The position numbers and the translations under genes were made by a program. Below the pieces are notes generated by a model that did not search any database, was not told the origin of the DNA, and saw only the letters and a list, made by a program, of their open reading frames with translations. From the NCBI GenBank assembly GCA_965221955.1, contig CBDCTA010000018.1, forward strand, positions 227,116 through 291,115: a stretch of DNA of 64,000 nt. Reading direction: 5' to 3'. Positions 61,683 to 64,000 of the stretch are shown here, in pieces; position 1 is the first letter of the stretch; the number at the start of each line of letters is the position of its first letter. Source of the stretch: Gammaproteobacteria bacterium (GTDB lineage Bacteria > Pseudomonadota > Gammaproteobacteria > UBA4575).

Positions 61683-62147
61683 CTAAGCGTTTCTTTTAAA
61701 CCGATTCAAGCCTAGAAAAATACCCTTTATACCTGCAATTGAAAACAGCACTCCAACTATAGCAGGAGTTAATTCTCTTTCTGTCCAAGCAAAGTAAAGC
61801 CCTAATACACCCACTGCAGCTGTCAAAATAGACACAATGATTAACACCGAAGGATTTATAAATCCATCGTTATCAACTTTAAAGTCTCGCCCTGTAATTA
61901 AACGATAAGATAAAACAAATAGAAATATTGTGAGTACAGGTGTTATGAATATTATGGTAAGAAATACAAGTATCGATTGAATCTGTATACCAGAAAGACT
62001 AAAACTTTCCCCAGAAATAATCCCACTAATAATTGCTGCAAATGCATGCAAACTAATCCAACTTCCGATTAGGGCTAAAATCAGGGTAAATATTCCAAAC
62101 CAAAACGAACTAAAACTGTTTGTTTCTATCTGCCCATTTTTTTTCAT
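61683..62147 (-). CDS. Four-TM hypothetical membrane protein
   Basis: 154 aa, four hydrophobic segments. Confidence 0.65.
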   Translation of the reverse strand: MKKNGQIETNSFSSFWFGIFTLILALIGSWISLHAFAAIISGIISGESFSLSGIQIQSILVFLTIIFITPVLTIFLFVLSYRLITGRDFKVDNDGFINPSVLIIVSILTAAVGVLGLYFAWTERELTPAIVGVLFSIAGIKGIFLGLNRFKRNA

Positions 62148-62215
62148 TTGAATTTAGCTTTTTTGAAATCTAACTTGGGCTTCTATTTTGGACAGGAAAA
62201 AACCTTCCCTAGCAA

Positions 62216-62575
62216 TCACCTACCCAGGGCTAACACCAAAATTAACAAAATTAAGATTAATAGTGCTGCTGCAGTACCTACACTTCCTGCTGCAGGCAAA
62301 TCTTCAAATTTATCTGCAAACATTTGTATTTCAGCATCCGTCATAGCATTGATACGTTCTTGAGCAAGCTCAGTAGAAACACCATTTTGTTCTAAAAGTA
62401 CCTGAGCATCTACTCGCGTTACAATACTCAGTAAACGTTCTCTTTTGTGTTCAACATGGTACTCATCCAATAATTGTCCCGTTCCAACCACGCCCGCATA
62501 AACTGGTACTGTATGCGTAAACAAAAGAGAAAAAACACTTATATACACAACAAAAAGGTAAGAAAAATTTTTCAT
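62216..62575 (-). CDS. Second PA2779-family protein
   Basis: AGVVGT, LE.NG....AQ.R...TD.E, KF..LPAAG + TM; aligns with the 43649..44020 product. Confidence 0.8.
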   Translation of the reverse strand: MKNFSYLFVVYISVFSLLFTHTVPVYAGVVGTGQLLDEYHVEHKRERLLSIVTRVDAQVLLEQNGVSTELAQERINAMTDAEIQMFADKFEDLPAAGSVGTAAALLILILLILVLALGR

Positions 62576-62624
62576 AACCTAAGCTCCTTAAACGAATATT
62601 GGGAAAGCAGAATGCTTAATAGAT

Positions 62625-63029
62625 TTATTGCGTTTTCTTTCTCTTAAAACGCTCAAATTTTAATTTATAGATATTACCCTGAGGCACCGCATCATCTTCT
62701 ACAATTAAGTCTTCGGTTTGATTGCTCCTATCACGAGTTGAAATGATACGAGCATTTTCCTCATCCTGACACGCTACAGGATCTACATCATGGTTTTGAT
62801 AATCTTCAGGTGTACAAGGACGAAAACCAGGCAATACTTTAGATTCATAAATAGTAACTGTTTCAGTTTCAACGGTTTCTTGCTTAACAGGAGACTGTGT
62901 AGGAGGTGGAGCATCAACCACTATCTCAGGCGGTGGCTGTGCATCTCTTTCTTCCTCTGCCATAACACTTACAGTCCAAATTAATGACAGCAAGAAAAAT
63001 AATATGTGCTTTAATCTAATCATACCCAA
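62625..63029 (-). CDS. Secreted hypothetical protein
   Basis: Signal peptide, Pro-rich linker, Cys pair. Confidence 0.65.
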   Translation of the reverse strand: MGMIRLKHILFFLLSLIWTVSVMAEEERDAQPPPEIVVDAPPPTQSPVKQETVETETVTIYESKVLPGFRPCTPEDYQNHDVDPVACQDEENARIISTRDRSNQTEDLIVEDDAVPQGNIYKLKFERFKRKKTQ

Positions 63030-63085
63030 CTCCTCAGTATAAAAAGATTAAGCCTAAACGCTTAACCTTAAATTATATTAAGTTT

Positions 63086-63781
63086 TTATAGTTCTGCTTT
63101 TAGCCTTTTTGAGATTTCCTCATCAATCGCCGCAATGGCTTGTTCAAGTTCATTAACAGAATATATATTTTGAATTAAATATTTATCATGTTTCACTTTT
63201 GCATACGATTCATCTAACTCTTTTCTATACTTACCGATAGCAGTAGTGCTGTCTTTCATATCTGTAATCATTTTATTGTGAAATTCTTTGTTCTCATTGA
63301 ACGAAAACATCATCGACATATACACCGCAGAAAAACGAAAATCATAGGACTTATAATCGTCGAGAGAGTGCACATAAGTCCGCGCGGCACGAATTTCATT
63401 ATTAAAGGTATCACTGTAACCCAAGAGTTTTTCTTTAAATTCTCCATCGATTCCATAATCTTCAATCATCTTTGGAATAACCTGTACGATGTTCAAACGC
63501 TTATCGTCATGTGCCAGAATAGAGTCTAGTAACTTCTGTTTCGCCACCTCTGGCTTATCGTTAGCCTCTTTAATCACCGCTAAATCACGTACTCGAGTCT
63601 CACGCTCATCTTGTAGCTGCTCTAAACTTAAACTTTCCATGTTTTCAGGCGCTTGGTAGATCACCTTCACCCGATCAAGAATGGGAGACTTTTTGATTTC
63701 TCCACCCGCTAAACACGCAGAACCCACCATAAGTAAGGCTAAAAAGCTTAAATATGCTGAAATTAACCGGATCATTAACAT
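63086..63781 (-). CDS. Secreted helical hypothetical protein
   Basis: 231 aa, signal peptide, charged helical composition. Confidence 0.7.
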   Translation of the reverse strand: MLMIRLISAYLSFLALLMVGSACLAGGEIKKSPILDRVKVIYQAPENMESLSLEQLQDERETRVRDLAVIKEANDKPEVAKQKLLDSILAHDDKRLNIVQVIPKMIEDYGIDGEFKEKLLGYSDTFNNEIRAARTYVHSLDDYKSYDFRFSAVYMSMMFSFNENKEFHNKMITDMKDSTTAIGKYRKELDESYAKVKHDKYLIQNIYSVNELEQAIAAIDEEISKRLKAEL

Positions 63782-64000
63782 TCTTTATTCCCTATATAGA
63801 TAATTCAGTGTATAAAATTCGACCGGCCGCCAGAATGGCTCTAACGTAGACGGCAACAAGTACCCTATTATAAGGTGCAAAAGGTGCCTTAGATAGCAAA
63901 ACATTAGGCAAAATAACCTTTACTATTTCATAGACTTAACAAAAACAATATAAATTAACTTTTACTCAAACTTAAGCGTTATAAAGAAGTGTCTAAAAAT

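Overview
AT-rich chromosomal segment of a (probably marine) gammaproteobacterium. I found no rRNA, tRNA, CRISPR array or transposase. Left part: an unusual lipoprotein with a c-type cytochrome domain at each end of an Ig/Calx-beta stalk, a thrice-frameshifted slt, bactofilin, ptrB, pdxH, msrA, a Usp, a CDF transporter and thiC with a TPP riboswitch. Middle: an oxidoreductase + radical SAM pair, a pcm-tolC-waaA/LPS-core cluster, ilvE-glnE, a Fur-boxed Fe3+ ABC transporter, a PA2779/PA2778-type pair and ilvD. Right: a ~12 kb C1-assimilation cluster (5-formyl-THF cyclo-ligase, divergent Ftr/FhcD-like formyltransferase, folD, sgaA, mcl, mtkAB, hydroxypyruvate reductase, ppc, mtdA), argE and a bacterial Nav-type channel. 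Best candidate for an undescribed system: the cyclo-ligase + Ftr-paralog bicistron, which could move formyl groups from the methanofuran/H4MPT pool into the folate pool feeding the serine cycle without free formate. All family calls rest on motif recognition, not database searches.
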